Assembly: GCA_012295275.1 (NCBI GenBank)
Contig: CM022677.1
Span: forward strand, 17,794,001-17,858,000
Source of the DNA: Chrysomallon squamiferum
Lineage: Eukaryota > Animalia > Mollusca
DNA: 64,000 nucleotides
Reading direction: 5' to 3'
A program made the translations under genes and the position numbers. Positions 30,006-44,149 of the stretch are shown piece by piece (position 1 is the stretch's first letter; each line of letters begins with the position of its first letter). A model generated the notes under the pieces. The model was not told the DNA's origin. It saw only the letters and a list, made by a program, of their open reading frames with translations, and did no database searches.

Positions 30006-31700
30006 AAATAAATAAATAAATACATAATAATAAGAAGAAGAAGAAGAAGGAAGCACAATAACAATACATATAAAAGGCAAAAATTAAATTAAATACATTA
30101 GTTACTTTGAATTGTGAAGGTTTTTTTTTAACGTCATACGATTATGACGTCATAAAGGCTTACTTTTGACATTTAGTCTAGTGACGTAAACCAGTTGGAA
30201 ATACACAAATTTTCTAGGCAGTTATTTATATATAATGAAATTAAGAAAATCAGCTAGAACAACGTTTTAGTAAAGATGGTAAGAAAAAAAATATTTATTA
30301 ATTTTAAAAAATACATATTCGCTTTTTAATCAATTACTTCGATTGAATTTATTTTTATTTTTTTCTGCCGGTTTTCTTTGTCTTTTCTTTTCTTGGTATT
30401 TTGCATTATTTTTATTCATTTTACCTCTTCTTTCTTTTTCTGAATATTTTTCGTTTACCATTTTTTTAGACTCCCGATATTACATTTCGCTCCCTATTTA
30501 TTTGTTCGTGTTTTTTCCTTTTTGTTGTTGTTTTCTTCTTCTAAGATTTAGTAAATACAGAATTAGCGTTAAAAATCTTGTAGTAGCGACAACAACAACA
30601 TAATAAAGATGATGGTGATGATGCTACTTATAATAATAATGATGATGATAACAACAACAATCACTACTACAGTCACAATGTAGATAAAATAATAATAATA
30701 ATAATAATAAGAAGAAGAAGAAGAAGAAGAACTACTACTACTACAACAACAAAGTAAAAAGTAACCAATAGCAAAAACATCAACAAGAAATCAACAATAA
30801 GGTGAAAACGAAGAAAAAGAAGAGGAAGAAGAACAATAATAATAATAAAAAGAGAGAGGAAATTAAAAACAAACAACAACAACAACAAAATAAATAACTA
30901 ATTAAATAAATACCTCCACACACAAACACACACCACAAACAAACAATAAACACAGAAATACTGACAGCAATAAAGTTACAACATCACCAGTAGTTACAAG
31001 AACAACAACGACAAAGAATACAAAGAAAATAAACAAACGCACAGAAAACCGACAGCCTGGTCTTATCTATATTTCAGAGCCGATAATTATGCGACGAGTT
31101 AATTAAATCATTAAAAAAAAAAAAACACGATTACAATCAAAACAACTCGTATCGAGAATAACGAATCCAAAATGGCCGCCTCCGAGCAGACGAGCAGAAG
31201 GTATCGAATAAAAGTTTCATTTTTACTGTCTTTCCCTGCACACCTGATCAACTGCAATATTGTCGTCTGCAAGTAGATACCCGTTAATTGAATTAGGTGT
31301 AGAGGGCGCAAACTGCTTCATTCATAATTAACGAGGCTGTAATGAAATTAAGGTACTTGCTAGACCGCGCAGGAGTCGTGCATAATTTATGAGGCGGCTC
31401 TTGGGGGTAACGTTTTTGATGTTTTTGTTTCGTTACTCGGCACGCACTAATGGACTTTACGACGGCGTTGCCGAAGTGTACAACGTTAACAACCACATCT
31501 GCTACATTTTTCGTTTCATTTGTTTGTTGTTTTTTTCTCCTTATGTCGAACTAGGTCTATGACACGCCAGGCAGAAGTTTGTGATTTACTTTAACATTCT
31601 GTTGCTCATTTTGACACTTTTATTTTTCCTTTATTCTTTTATTCGTTTGGGTTTTTTTTTTTTTTAATATTTTTTCTTCTTTTTTTAATTTTTTTTTTAA

Positions 31701-31742
<42 letters not shown>

Positions 31743-31804
31743 TACTACTGTTTCTTGTTCTTTTTACTTTCATTTCTGATATATAATTAATTAAATGTCT
31801 ATTA

Positions 31805-31884
<80 letters not shown>

Positions 31885-32484
31885 CTTTCGCTCTATTTCT
31901 TAGCCTCTGTCTTTCTTTTCTTTCTTTTTCTTTTCTTATTTCATTCAGTCGTTCATTTCTTCGTGTCGGTACTTATTTTAAATAATGCTGCTGTTGGTGA
32001 GTTTTCTAAGTGATGTAACACCTGTTTCAGTACGCTTGCCCTCCTTTGCTCTCTTTCTCATTAAAAAAAAAAATAAAAGGCCTCAAGATCAAAAAAAAAA
32101 AAAAATAAAATAAAATAAAAGAAAATAAAAAATAAAAAGATTTAAATTTGTTTTGCTTATCTCAGAACATATTGATTAATTTTCTACAAGATTACTAAAT
32201 TAATGGGAATTTTTTTTTTTTTTTTTTTTTCTCGAAAATATGTATTAATCATTTATTAATTCTGACATTTATTCTTTCGAGAAAACCCACGATAATATTT
32301 TCAGTAGCAACAACCTTCCCACAGACAATGGGGGAAAATAATTAATTAAGACATGAGCTCTTGTTTGGATCGGGAAAAGTATAAAATGAAAATTAATAAT
32401 GTAATACATATTTTTGTATTTGATATCCGCCGAATAACAGATTATTTTTATAAAGACAGTTCATAATTATTTTTATTTTAAATA

Positions 32485-32527
<43 letters not shown>

Positions 32528-32887
32528 GTTGTTGTTGTTATTGTTATCATTAGCACCATCATCATCATCATCATATATACCAAAAGTAAAACAATTATTT
32601 TATTACTTCCTTGGGAATTAATCCATTAACATATAAACATTCGTATGTAAACCATGCGTTCACAAACACACACACACGCACACACACACACACACATTCA
32701 TAAATACCTCTCTGTCTACTTTACAAACTCTAATCAATCTGTCTGTCTGTCTGTCTGTATATCTCGGTTCTGCATAAACATTCACAGCTATAGACGTTCA
32801 TACACCACAAATACACATTCATTTATAATTTCATTAAACATAAATATCAATATATATATATATATATACCATTAGCTGCACATAACC

Positions 32888-32958
<71 letters not shown>

Positions 32959-32976
32959 CACACACACTCACACACA

Positions 32977-33019
<43 letters not shown>

Positions 33020-33397
33020 CCTACACTTTTATGTAATGGATTAGGATTAATCATAAAAATAGAGTAGCTCAGAAAGGATTATCTACTTATCGTCGAGATT
33101 TTGTAAAGGTTAAAGCGGTCACAGTTACTGGTTAAACTGGTCTTTGTAAGAGGTCAACCCGTTCTCGACCACTGGTCAAACTGGTCTGGATGGAAGTTTA
33201 AAACATTTTCGTTTACATGGGTTATAACACATATGTAGTTTTTTTTTTTTTTTCTTCTTCTTTTCTCAGTGAATTTTTGATTTTAGAATTTTTTGTTATT
33301 TGTTTATTTGCTTCACTGAGGGTTTGATGATGTGTTTATGTGTTTATTTAAAATTTATTTATTTGTTGTTAGTTCATATATTTAAACAACTTATGTG

Positions 33398-33464
<67 letters not shown>

Positions 33465-33470
33465 TGTCTG

Positions 33471-33509
<39 letters not shown>

Positions 33510-33595
33510 ACTGTTGAGATGTCGAGATATTTTAATTATTATTTGCGTGTCTGTGTGCATGCGTGTGTATATGTGTATGTATGTGTGTGTGTGTC

Positions 33596-33686
<91 letters not shown>

Positions 33687-33774
33687 CAGGAACTTAAAGA
33701 AAGATTTACAAATGCTATAAAGGGAATTATTTCTATTTATTAATCTTATAATCCTTTTCGTTCTTTTTCTTATT

Positions 33775-33827
<53 letters not shown>

Positions 33828-34257
33828 ATTATTATTAATTTTTAATTTTAATTTATTTTTACATTTTTATGTAGCAAAGCCGTTACCACAAAAGCATCGC
33901 ATAATTTTTTTTTTTTTTTTTTTTAAACTACATTAGTAACATAAATGGAATAATTTAAGTGAATTTTACGCCCAGGATTAAGAAAATAATAATAACAAAA
34001 AATTATATCTACAATAAAATTTTACAATTTCATTTAAAAATAACCTATTTGGATATTTGGCCTAGCAGTCTGTTACATACTTTGGTGCATAATGAATACA
34101 ATGAAAACAGTAATTTGCATTTTTATTTTCTGATCTGTCTAACAATAATACAAAATTTAACTATTATGTTTTACAATTAAATCAAAAATTGATTTATTGT
34201 TGTTACTGTTGTTTTTGTTGTTATCTTGTTTTTCTTCTTATTATTATTCTTATTATT

Positions 34258-34288
<31 letters not shown>

Positions 34289-34425
34289 CTGTTGTTGTTG
34301 TACTATTTCTTTAGGCGCCAACGAAAATATGTTTACAGCATTCATATGGTATTGAAGAATGAAACAAATAATTTATAAAGCTGCTAATATAGAAACTACC
34401 TTTTGTACAGGAGAATATAAAAATC

Positions 34426-34556
<131 letters not shown>

Positions 34557-35209
34557 ATCCATCCATGAACAACAATATATTAATAACTGATTTTCCATAT
34601 TTTAAAACGGGACAACACATACCACGTTGTTTAATAAATAAAACAAAACAAAACAAAAACAAAAAACAAAACAGCAGGACATCCATAACTGAAAATAAAA
34701 CTATAAAATAACAATAAGAAAAACAAACATTAATAGCACTAAAAATATAAAGAGAATAATTATGCAATATTTTAGATAAATTTGCTATTTTATTTTATTT
34801 TATCCATCCATCCATCCGTCTGTTTGTCTGTCTGTCTGTCTATTTAAGTTACTTACTTATTTTTCACCTTAATCATCTATCTCTTTTATTATTACCTCTT
34901 TTGTTTTGTACGTATGTCATTCCCAGGCAAATAACTACCTGTGCATAGCTTAATTAATATACAGGTGCTAACGTTATCTGGGCGCGGTAGTTGATTAGTT
35001 ACCTAACGTATGGGTTTTGTTTATTAATGAACATGCCGTGCGCGTGATAAACACGAGATTAGCAATTCCCGAGTAAAGAGTGTTGTTACGTAAGATTATT
35101 TCTGTATGAGTCGCATGTTTTGAGTTGTTGTGCGTGATTGTGTTTTTCAGTCTCTCTCTTTCTCTTTTTTTTTTTTTCTTTCGTTCTGTTTTCGGACGTG
35201 TGTTATTAT

Positions 35210-35245
<36 letters not shown>

Positions 35246-35282
35246 GTTTTGGTTTTGTTTGTTTTGTTTATTATTTATTGTT

Positions 35283-35321
<39 letters not shown>

Positions 35322-35395
35322 TTTTATTTATTTATTACTATTATTTTATTTATTATTTATTTATTTTTATTATTATTATTACTATTATTTTATTT

Positions 35396-35426
<31 letters not shown>

Positions 35427-35906
35427 TATTTATTATTATGATTATGATGATGATTATTATTATTATTATTATTATTATTAATTACTTATTTATCTTTATT
35501 ATTATTTATTTATTTATATTATTATTGTTATTAATTATTTTCTTTTTTAATCAGGTCCGGGACTGAAGTCAAACGGATGGGTACATCAGAGACGCGATCG
35601 TTGTGTTCATTTATTTGTTTGTTTATTCATTTATCATTTACTACTACTACAACTACTACTATTACTACTACCACTACTACCATTTATTATTATTATTATT
35701 GTTGTTGTTTTTGTTGTTGCTATTGTTATTCTTATTACTGTTGTTGTTGTTGTTCTTATTATTGTTGTTTTTTTTATTGCTATTATTATTATTATTATTG
35801 TTGTTGTTGTTGTTATTGCTATTGTTGTTGTTGTTATTATTATTATTATTATTGTTGTTGTTGTCGTCGTTGTTGTTGTTACTGTTATTGTTCAGTGTGT
35901 CAGTAC

Positions 35907-36033
35907 GTAGCCTACAGAACGTCAGATAACAAACAACAAAACGATTATTTCACCTGATTCACAGAACGGCGTATCATCACATGCAACTGGTGTCGCGTCA
36001 AGTGATCCGCTTTTTTTAGACTGGTTGTCCTCC

Positions 36034-36036
<3 letters not shown>
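35907..36036 (+). repeat. Dispersed repeat copy B (130 bp, SSR-tailed)
   Basis: Matches 22051-22180 in the same orientation. Confidence 0.9.
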
Positions 36037-36068
<32 letters not shown>

Positions 36069-36087
36069 CATCATCATTATCATTATT

Positions 36088-36088
36088 G

Positions 36089-36167
<79 letters not shown>

Positions 36168-36247
36168 CAGCAGCAGCAGTAGTAGCAGTATTAGTATTAG
36201 TATTAGTAGCAGTAGTAGTAGTAGTAGTAGTAGCAGTAGTAGTAGTG

Positions 36248-36293
<46 letters not shown>

Positions 36294-36297
36294 CAGC

Positions 36298-36350
<53 letters not shown>

Positions 36351-36351
36351 C

Positions 36352-36388
<37 letters not shown>
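36088..36388. repeat. (GTA)n trinucleotide tract
   Basis: Direct reading. Source of the poly-S/V/T ORFs. Confidence 0.95.
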
Positions 36389-36681
36389 TTTCTGTCCCTC
36401 ATATCCCTTCCCTTGTTACCACGTATAGCTCTGGCCCTGGTTTACCTAGTTTTCATTTCCTCGGCTTTGTCATTAATATTGTTTACCTTGATTCTGTGGT
36501 ATTTCAGGTAGAACCCGCTTTAATCTCGTCTAGTCATTATTTCCAGTTTTACCTGTAATTAAAGGTAAGTGGAAAATTGTTCTAACTAATCTTCGCTTTT
36601 AAACTGTTTCTCTTTCAACCGAATTTAAATAAACAGAGCGTGATAGAGTGGGAGAAAAAGGTATATTTATATTTTTGTATT

Positions 36682-36759
<78 letters not shown>

Positions 36760-36765
<6 letters not shown>

Positions 36766-36950
36766 ATATATACAAACACATACATACATAAATACTGAAA
36801 GAAAAAGGACATATAAATACAGAAATAAAGACTGAGAGAGAGAGAGACAGAGAGAAGAGAGAGAATGAAATGGATATATATATATATATAAACAAACACA
36901 TACATACATAAATACTGAACGAAAAGGGATATAAATACAGAAATAAAGAC

Positions 36951-37022
<72 letters not shown>

Positions 37023-37125
37023 TACAGAATGAAACGGATAAATATACATACATACATACATACATGCATACATACAAACATACGTACGTACACACCCCCA
37101 CACACATACATACTGAAAGAAAGAA
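36760..37125. repeat. ~120-bp tandem duplication units built around SSRs
   Basis: ACAAACACATACATACATAAATACTGAA..ATATAAATACAGAAATAAAGACTGA occurs near 36772 and 36892, with a degenerate third unit after. Confidence 0.8.
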
Positions 37126-37291
37126 TGTGGACATTTTAAAAAAGAAATAACTTTGAAGTGTGATACAAACAGATGATAACCAGGCCCCATACTGAACTGA
37201 TGAAAACATGATTTTTATCATCAGAGATTCTGTAATAACTCTAATAATGTTGTAATGTTTTTCTGACTTCTAAAGCAACAACTAGAACGAG

Positions 37292-37372
<81 letters not shown>

Positions 37373-37955
37373 CACACGCACACATACACAGAAGACAAAA
37401 GATAACAAAACACATCACCTACACAAACACAGAAACAGACATCCATAAAACCACCATGCAACAAAAAAAACCCCATTAAACTCATTACACGAGAAAAACC
37501 GACCCTTAATCCCTAGTTATCTCGTTCTAACTGCTTCCCAGTGACGTCGCGAAAAAAAAAAATAATTATTCGGGCCCCTCCACCAGCACCCCCTCCCCCC
37601 CCCCACTCACCGCACAGGCGCGATGTTTACAAACACAAACCTCTTAATTAGTTGAAAAAGAAAAAAAAAAAAAAAAAAAAAAAAAAAGCGTTCATTTCAG
37701 TAATTAACCCTTCTCACTGCCACTTCTCAGTGACTCTTTGTACGTCCGCTTAAAATTAAAAATACCGTAAACCGTCTGAAATTTAACACGTAGAATTACA
37801 AAATAAAATAAAAAAATGAAAAAAATAAATAAAATAAAATAAATAATATAAAAAAATCAGGTTTTAAAAATTTAAGAAAATGAAAATTAGACGAAACAGA
37901 AACTAAAAGTATGTCCAGGGTTTAGATTAAACTTATTGTACGTTATGTAAAGGTT

Positions 37956-38002
<47 letters not shown>

Positions 38003-38592
38003 TGGTGTTGACTAACTAGATTATGTGGCATTGTGGGTAAACGTGAAGGGGCTGAGGGGATAATTTCGAACTGTAACATTTTTATTTTTTTATTTTTTTC
38101 TGGTGATGATGATAATAACGATAATGATGACGACAATGATGATAATGATGGCCATAACAATAACGACGACGACGACACCACCAACAACAACAACAATAAT
38201 AATGTACAGGGGAACACATGTACACACACACACACACACACACAGACAATTACACAAGTAAATATTATTTCGAACACATTCACCCAAAGATATATAAACT
38301 CTGTTTATTTATTTGTTTATTTGCTTATTTATTTTTAATTCGCTGAGCGTTTTAGTTTGTTTAATGCTCTGGTCACGGAAATGACGCTTCACTCCTCGCC
38401 CCCCCCCCTCCCCCCGCCCTTGATATACAATATGACGGATACGTCCCCTGTCACAACTGAATAACCGTTTTCTAGTTTGTTAACATGTGTTCCACTTGGA
38501 AGTTAAAGCACACACACACACACCCTAAAATAAACAAATAAATAAATAAATAAATAAATAAACAAATAAATAAATGAAAGAAAGATGGAAGA

Positions 38593-38630
<38 letters not shown>

Positions 38631-40147
38631 ATGCCAATTCAGTAATACAGAAACAGGAATGACATAACTTTTAGAAACGCATAGTGGTTTGTGCGGAGTT
38701 GGCCTATAACATAATCTTTATATACTATATATATACTATACATATATATATATATATGTTATCTACATACATTGACTAGAAAAGAGTCTAGATAAATTGT
38801 ATTATAGACTTTCCAGCGCAGTTCACCTTCCTTATCTAAAATCCGTCCTATTTCTGTAATATTACACTGGCTCAGCATCGTCTTCTCAAATCCTGAATCC
38901 GCTGTTGTTTTTTTCTTTATTTCTCCTTCTTTCTTTCTTTCTTTTATTATTATTATTATTATTTTTAAAATTAATTTTGGGCATTTTCTAGACATTTTCC
39001 ATTTCTCAAATCCTGCGGGTCAATCCCTATTTCTGTTGTTATTACTGCATTATTCGTATTTTTCTCAAATTAAAACAATCCTTGTGCGTCCATCTTCTTC
39101 TGTAAATCCTAGCTCCATCCTTTTTTCTTCTTTTTTTCTGTATTTCTCTGCTTCTGGGATACGGCACCCTGTTTTATCCTATCTCCGTCCCTTTTTCCAT
39201 TTTCCTAGCTGTTACGTCACAAACCTAGACACCCCCTCTTCTTACAAATGTGGATCGGTCCCTGTCTCTATTATTACCGCCTTACGTTTTGTTTTCAAAC
39301 GCTAATTTCCAAACATCGTATACGCATTTAAGGCAGTCTCTTTTCGGTTGTCTCTCAATCTGTCTCACTCTGAAAGAGACAGACAGTCAGAGAGAGAGAG
39401 AGACAGAGAGAGAGCGAGAGAGCGACGCAAATCAATCATTTCATACGGGAACACAACACTGGCTGCACTACTAATCAATTGGACTTTTCTGAATCGTCCA
39501 TGTCAGAAAATAATTTTTCGATCGCTTTTGCGAAGTCGCCAGGAAAAATATCGGCGGACTCTGACGAAATGGATAGCGCATCGTGTTACCTTAGCGAAAC
39601 CGGAAAAAAAAAAAAAAAAAAAAACAGCGGCGGAAATTGTCGGAAATTAACGAAACGTTCATTACTAAATAAACGAAGAAGAAACAAATGATGATGATGA
39701 TGATGATGGTGATGGTGATGATGATAAATAATAATAATAACAGTAATAATGACAGCAATAACGCCAGTAACATAAAATAAGAAACAACAACAACAACAAC
39801 AATAATAATAATAATAGCAACTACATCAACAGTAATAATATTGATACTAAAAAAAAAAATATATAATAAACATCAATAATAACAACAACAATAATTATAA
39901 TCATCATCATTATCATAATCACACTTCTACTACTACTACTACTACTAATAATAATAATAATAAAAAACAACAATCAACAACGACAACGACGACCAGAACA
40001 ACAACACCACGCTGTTTCATTTCCATATTTTTTTGTTTGTTTTAATACACACGACACAGCAATTATTCTCTCTCACTCAGGGTTGCCCATTATTCTTCAG
40101 AATGCTGCCTGTGCTAATTGATTCGATAAGTTTTTCCACGACAAACC

Positions 40148-40217
<70 letters not shown>

Positions 40218-40385
40218 TCATACTGACAATCCAGCCGACACACTCTCTCTGCAGAACGCGCCGTCTATTATAACGAATGGCAAAGCCGTGAAAAGTAAAG
40301 CTTTTAATATCTTTTCTCCCGTACCAGTTCACTATTTCCAAGCGCTAGTTAATAAAGCGAATATTATTATTCTTTCATCTCGTTT

Positions 40386-40420
<35 letters not shown>

Positions 40421-40584
40421 CTTGCTTCACCGAACGCCCGAACGAACTGAACGAACGTTCGATAGTCGAGGCGAGACTAAGGTTTAAAAATATAAATAAA
40501 GGGGAAAACACTGTATGAAGGGAGAGCTTCGTGTAATGTTTAATAATGGTGGTGTTGTTGTTTGCTGTTTATAGGAGATAAACA

Positions 40585-40652
<68 letters not shown>

Positions 40653-40689
40653 TCCGTCCGCAAAAAAGCGAGAGAGAGAAGCGACACAA

Positions 40690-40830
40690 ACACACACACA
40701 CACGAGAGAGAGAGCGAGCGAGCGAGCGAGAGCTAGCTTAGCTATAAGCCAGGGTCACAGGTCACACGGAATGATGGGATTGCCGTGACGTCACTCGGTG
40801 AATGTTGCGTGCGTTTCAATAGAGAAAATA
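40690..40830 (+). promoter_or_regulatory. Putative core/proximal promoter of the cpo-like gene
   Basis: (GA)n/(GAGC)n tract, TATAAG at 40743-40748, DR1-type GGGTCAcAGGTCA at 40752-40764, palindromic GTGACGTCAC (CRE) at 40785-40794, then Inr-like TCACTC. CpG-rich and ~0.9 kb upstream of the ATG. Confidence 0.5.
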
Positions 40831-41653
40831 AAATAGTGGAGGGCTGCGATAAGCGAATCACACGAAAACCGGAGCGCGCTGTACGGAGGAGAGTGTGTGG
40901 TTGTTTTTTTGTATTTGACCAGACGACATGATTTGGATTTAGTCACTAACAGTCCTTCTTCACTTGCCTGACGTCGGTTTCGCTGTAGCATTCACGGCTT
41001 TATTACTACTACTACTACTATTATTATCATCATCGTCATTATTTATTATTATTATTATTTTATTTTATTTTTTTTAAAATATATATATACACGTATTCTT
41101 CTCGTCTGCGCTGAACGCAACTCACTCGGTGTACGGTGTTGTGATTGTATCGACTGATCAGTGGTTAGATACTGCAAAAAGGGATTCTTGTACACAGCTA
41201 GCTAGGTAAATCTTCGACCACGCCTTATTCTCGCGAAAGAAAAAAAACCACGACTACGACGAGCTTTTTAGAGTAGCGCTTCACCACCACCAACACCACC
41301 AACAACGACGACGACGAATACGACGACATAAACAAACAAGGAAACAAGCACCGTTGCTTTATCATCGTCAGCAGCAGCAGCAGCAACAACGACGACGACG
41401 AAGACGAGAAAGGCTTTATTGCAGCAACAACGACGACGAGGACAGCAAGTTTGACAAGAAGCGAGTTGGATGTTTTATTCACAATTTTATTTTTGAAAGA
41501 AAATTTTTATTTTTATTTTTTTTTATTGTAAAAGAAAAAAAAAAAAAAAAAAAAAAAAGAAAAAAAGAAAGATAAACAAATAACGAAGAAGGCGGGAAGT
41601 AGAAAATACACTTCTGTTTTCGTCTTGTTTTGACTGTTGCCTTTGACTGAAAC
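40795..41653 (+). other. Putative long 5' UTR with CAC/GAC/CAG triplet tracts and three short uORFs
   Basis: CpG-rich sequence between the promoter-like motifs and the ATG. uORFs at 40802-40822, 40928-40942 and 41470-41496. The TSS is inferred, not seen. Confidence 0.4.
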
Positions 41654-41779
41654 ATGCGATCAACCGATATGGCAAATGTGAGCGTCAACCACGGTGGAGT
41701 GGGTTCCGCCTTAAACACGGAGACTACGATAGCGCTAAGCCAGAGCATGGACTCGGTGAACACGACAGCAGAAGAAGAG
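41654..41779 (+). CDS. cpo: First coding exon of a couch potato / RBPMS-family RRM RNA-binding protein (partial; remaining exons not found in the window)
   Basis: ATG at 41654, a second in-frame ATG at 41669, and an in-frame TGA at 41648 upstream. The 42 codons read MRSTDMANVSVNHGGVGSALNTETTIALSQSMDSVNTTAEEE and end at a strong phase-0 donor GAG|GTAAGT. From recalled family knowledge, LSQSMDSVNT..EEE directly precedes VRTLFVSGLP of the Cpo/RBPMS RRM. No database search was run. Confidence 0.82.
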
Positions 41780-43898
41780 GTAAGTCTCGAAATATTTTAT
41801 TATTATTATTAATTTTTATATTTGTAAAAAAAAAAAAAAAAAAAATATTTTTAAATTTTTTTTTTTTTTTTTTTTTTTACATAAATTTTATTCGTATTCG
41901 GAAGAATTCCATCGTTGCTCCATCGTTAGAATCAAAATACTATTCTTTTATTATTATTATTATTCTTGTAAAGTACTATAGAACGATTATTTGATCCTAC
42001 CCTAACCATGATATATTTGGTGTTAATTGCAAACCTTATTTAAATAAAATAAATATATAATAATAATAATAATGTATAAATATAATTTAATGGATTACAT
42101 ATAAAATTATAATACATAGAAATACACTATATATATATAATATTAAATAAATTTAATCTACTTGTAATATCGCAATTTTTACAGTGGCTTTAATTTTAAA
42201 TGTACGAGTAATATTTAATTTTTAAAAGTCGTATATCTTTAGTTTTATAATTATTTTTATTTTAAATACATTTATGATATTAATTCGGCAAAAAGTTATT
42301 TAAAAAAAAAAATGAGTTTTTGATTATTATTTAATATAAAATTGTATATCTAACTCATTCATTATACGTAGGTCTAATGATAGAAATTAGTGAAATAAAA
42401 ATAAAAAATAATAATAAATGAAAAGGCTATGATTTTTAATATATTTATTTATCTATAAATACATTTTTATTTCTTTTTATTCTTATTAAATCGTTAATTT
42501 CCATCTTTTCGATTTCGTTTGACTCATTTTAAAAACTCAGTAAAATTGCCTAGTCATAAAAAAAAAAAAAAAAAAAAAAATCATGTATGTCTTTCACACA
42601 CACAAACAAACCAAAATGACTGCTAATATTAAAAACCTATACTACAAAATAAAAAATAATTGTTAAACAAATAATAAATAAATAAAAAATCCATGAAAGA
42701 GAACAAAACGACATTACCATCATAATCATTATCACATTTTCATTATCGCCATTTTATTATTTTATTACTATTTTTTTCACATCAATTTCATTCGTTTCAA
42801 TCGTTCACTGCAGCGTTTACAAATCGCACAAATTCGTGAGGGGCGGAACCGCGCGCATAGCTCGTGCTGAAACGCTACGTCATTCTGGACCTTTGATCTG
42901 TCGTCACCAACAGAAAGTTCAATGTCAAAACTCCCCCCATACACCAAGAAAACAACCCTGTAAATTATAAAACAAAAATGTATAATTTTAACTAAAAAAA
43001 GGCTACAGGAAAAACAAACGAAATGATTAACCACACACCACCTATTGTTTCTGTTCTTTTAATTTAATTTTTTTTTTTTTGTGTATTGGCGTTCTTTAGT
43101 TTTCGTGTTAGTTTCTGGAACTTGTATCTGTTTAATTTTTTTTCTTCTTTATGTCTTCAGTTTGATTTAAATATTAACCTGTATGTGTTAAACACCTGAT
43201 GTTTTGACTTTACCTAGGCTTAGTACAGGACTCTGGTTTATCAGTAGTTTTCATTTTTCAGAGTTTTATATAAGATTCATTACTACTAATACTACTACTA
43301 CCACTATTACTACTACTACTACTATTACTACTACTTATAGCACACTTGTTATTAATATTATTAGTATTATTATTTATGCTGTTATTATTACTCAATTTAC
43401 TGCTATACTTCTTATTATTACTTATGTTGCTGTTGTATTATTATTATTATTTTATTTGTTATTGTTATTAGTTATTATTCATATTTTTGCTACTTATTAC
43501 TTTTTATTACTACTACTACTACTACTACTACTTCAAAGTGGTTTTATGCTGTTCAGCTAATATTTTTGGTTTTCCTTATTTTATTTTTTATTTTGTTTTA
43601 TATCAATTTTATTTTTAATTTTTTAACTACTGCTATACTTTTTAACTATTACATTTGTAATTTGCTGTATTTATGGAAATTTATTTCTGAATTTCTGTAT
43701 TTTTCTGAACAGCTGTCAGCTTGTTATAATGTTGTTTTTGTAACATGGGCTTCCATTTTGAAAAGTTTTCATCATACTCACACTTGTGTGTGTAATACTG
43801 GCTTGTGGTTCTGAACAATACACTCGTTAGCTTGGCTTCAAAATGGGCATTATTATGTTTTGGGACACTTTTTAGATTTTCCATTTTAGTTTAAATTT

Positions 43899-43973
<75 letters not shown>

Positions 43974-44115
43974 AGAGAGAGAGCGCATCTACTTTGACAA
44001 AAATGTATTGATTTCTTTAGTCTAAATTATTTATTTTTATTTTTGTTAATTTTATTTTTGAAACAGTTGTAAAATATCCTGACCAAATATGTGTCTGTCT
44101 GTGTGTATATGTATG

Positions 44116-44149
<34 letters not shown>

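Noticed and set aside
39479-39691. Protein-like ORF (SESSMSENNFSIAFAKSPGKISADSDEMDS...)
   Set aside because: It runs into a poly-A tract and has no convincing splice sites or recognised homology. More likely a non-coding island.
41354-41575. Poly-Q/R ORF as an N-terminal extension like that of fly Cpo
   Set aside because: It has a non-ATG start and stops before the exon, and the real frame has a TGA at 41648.
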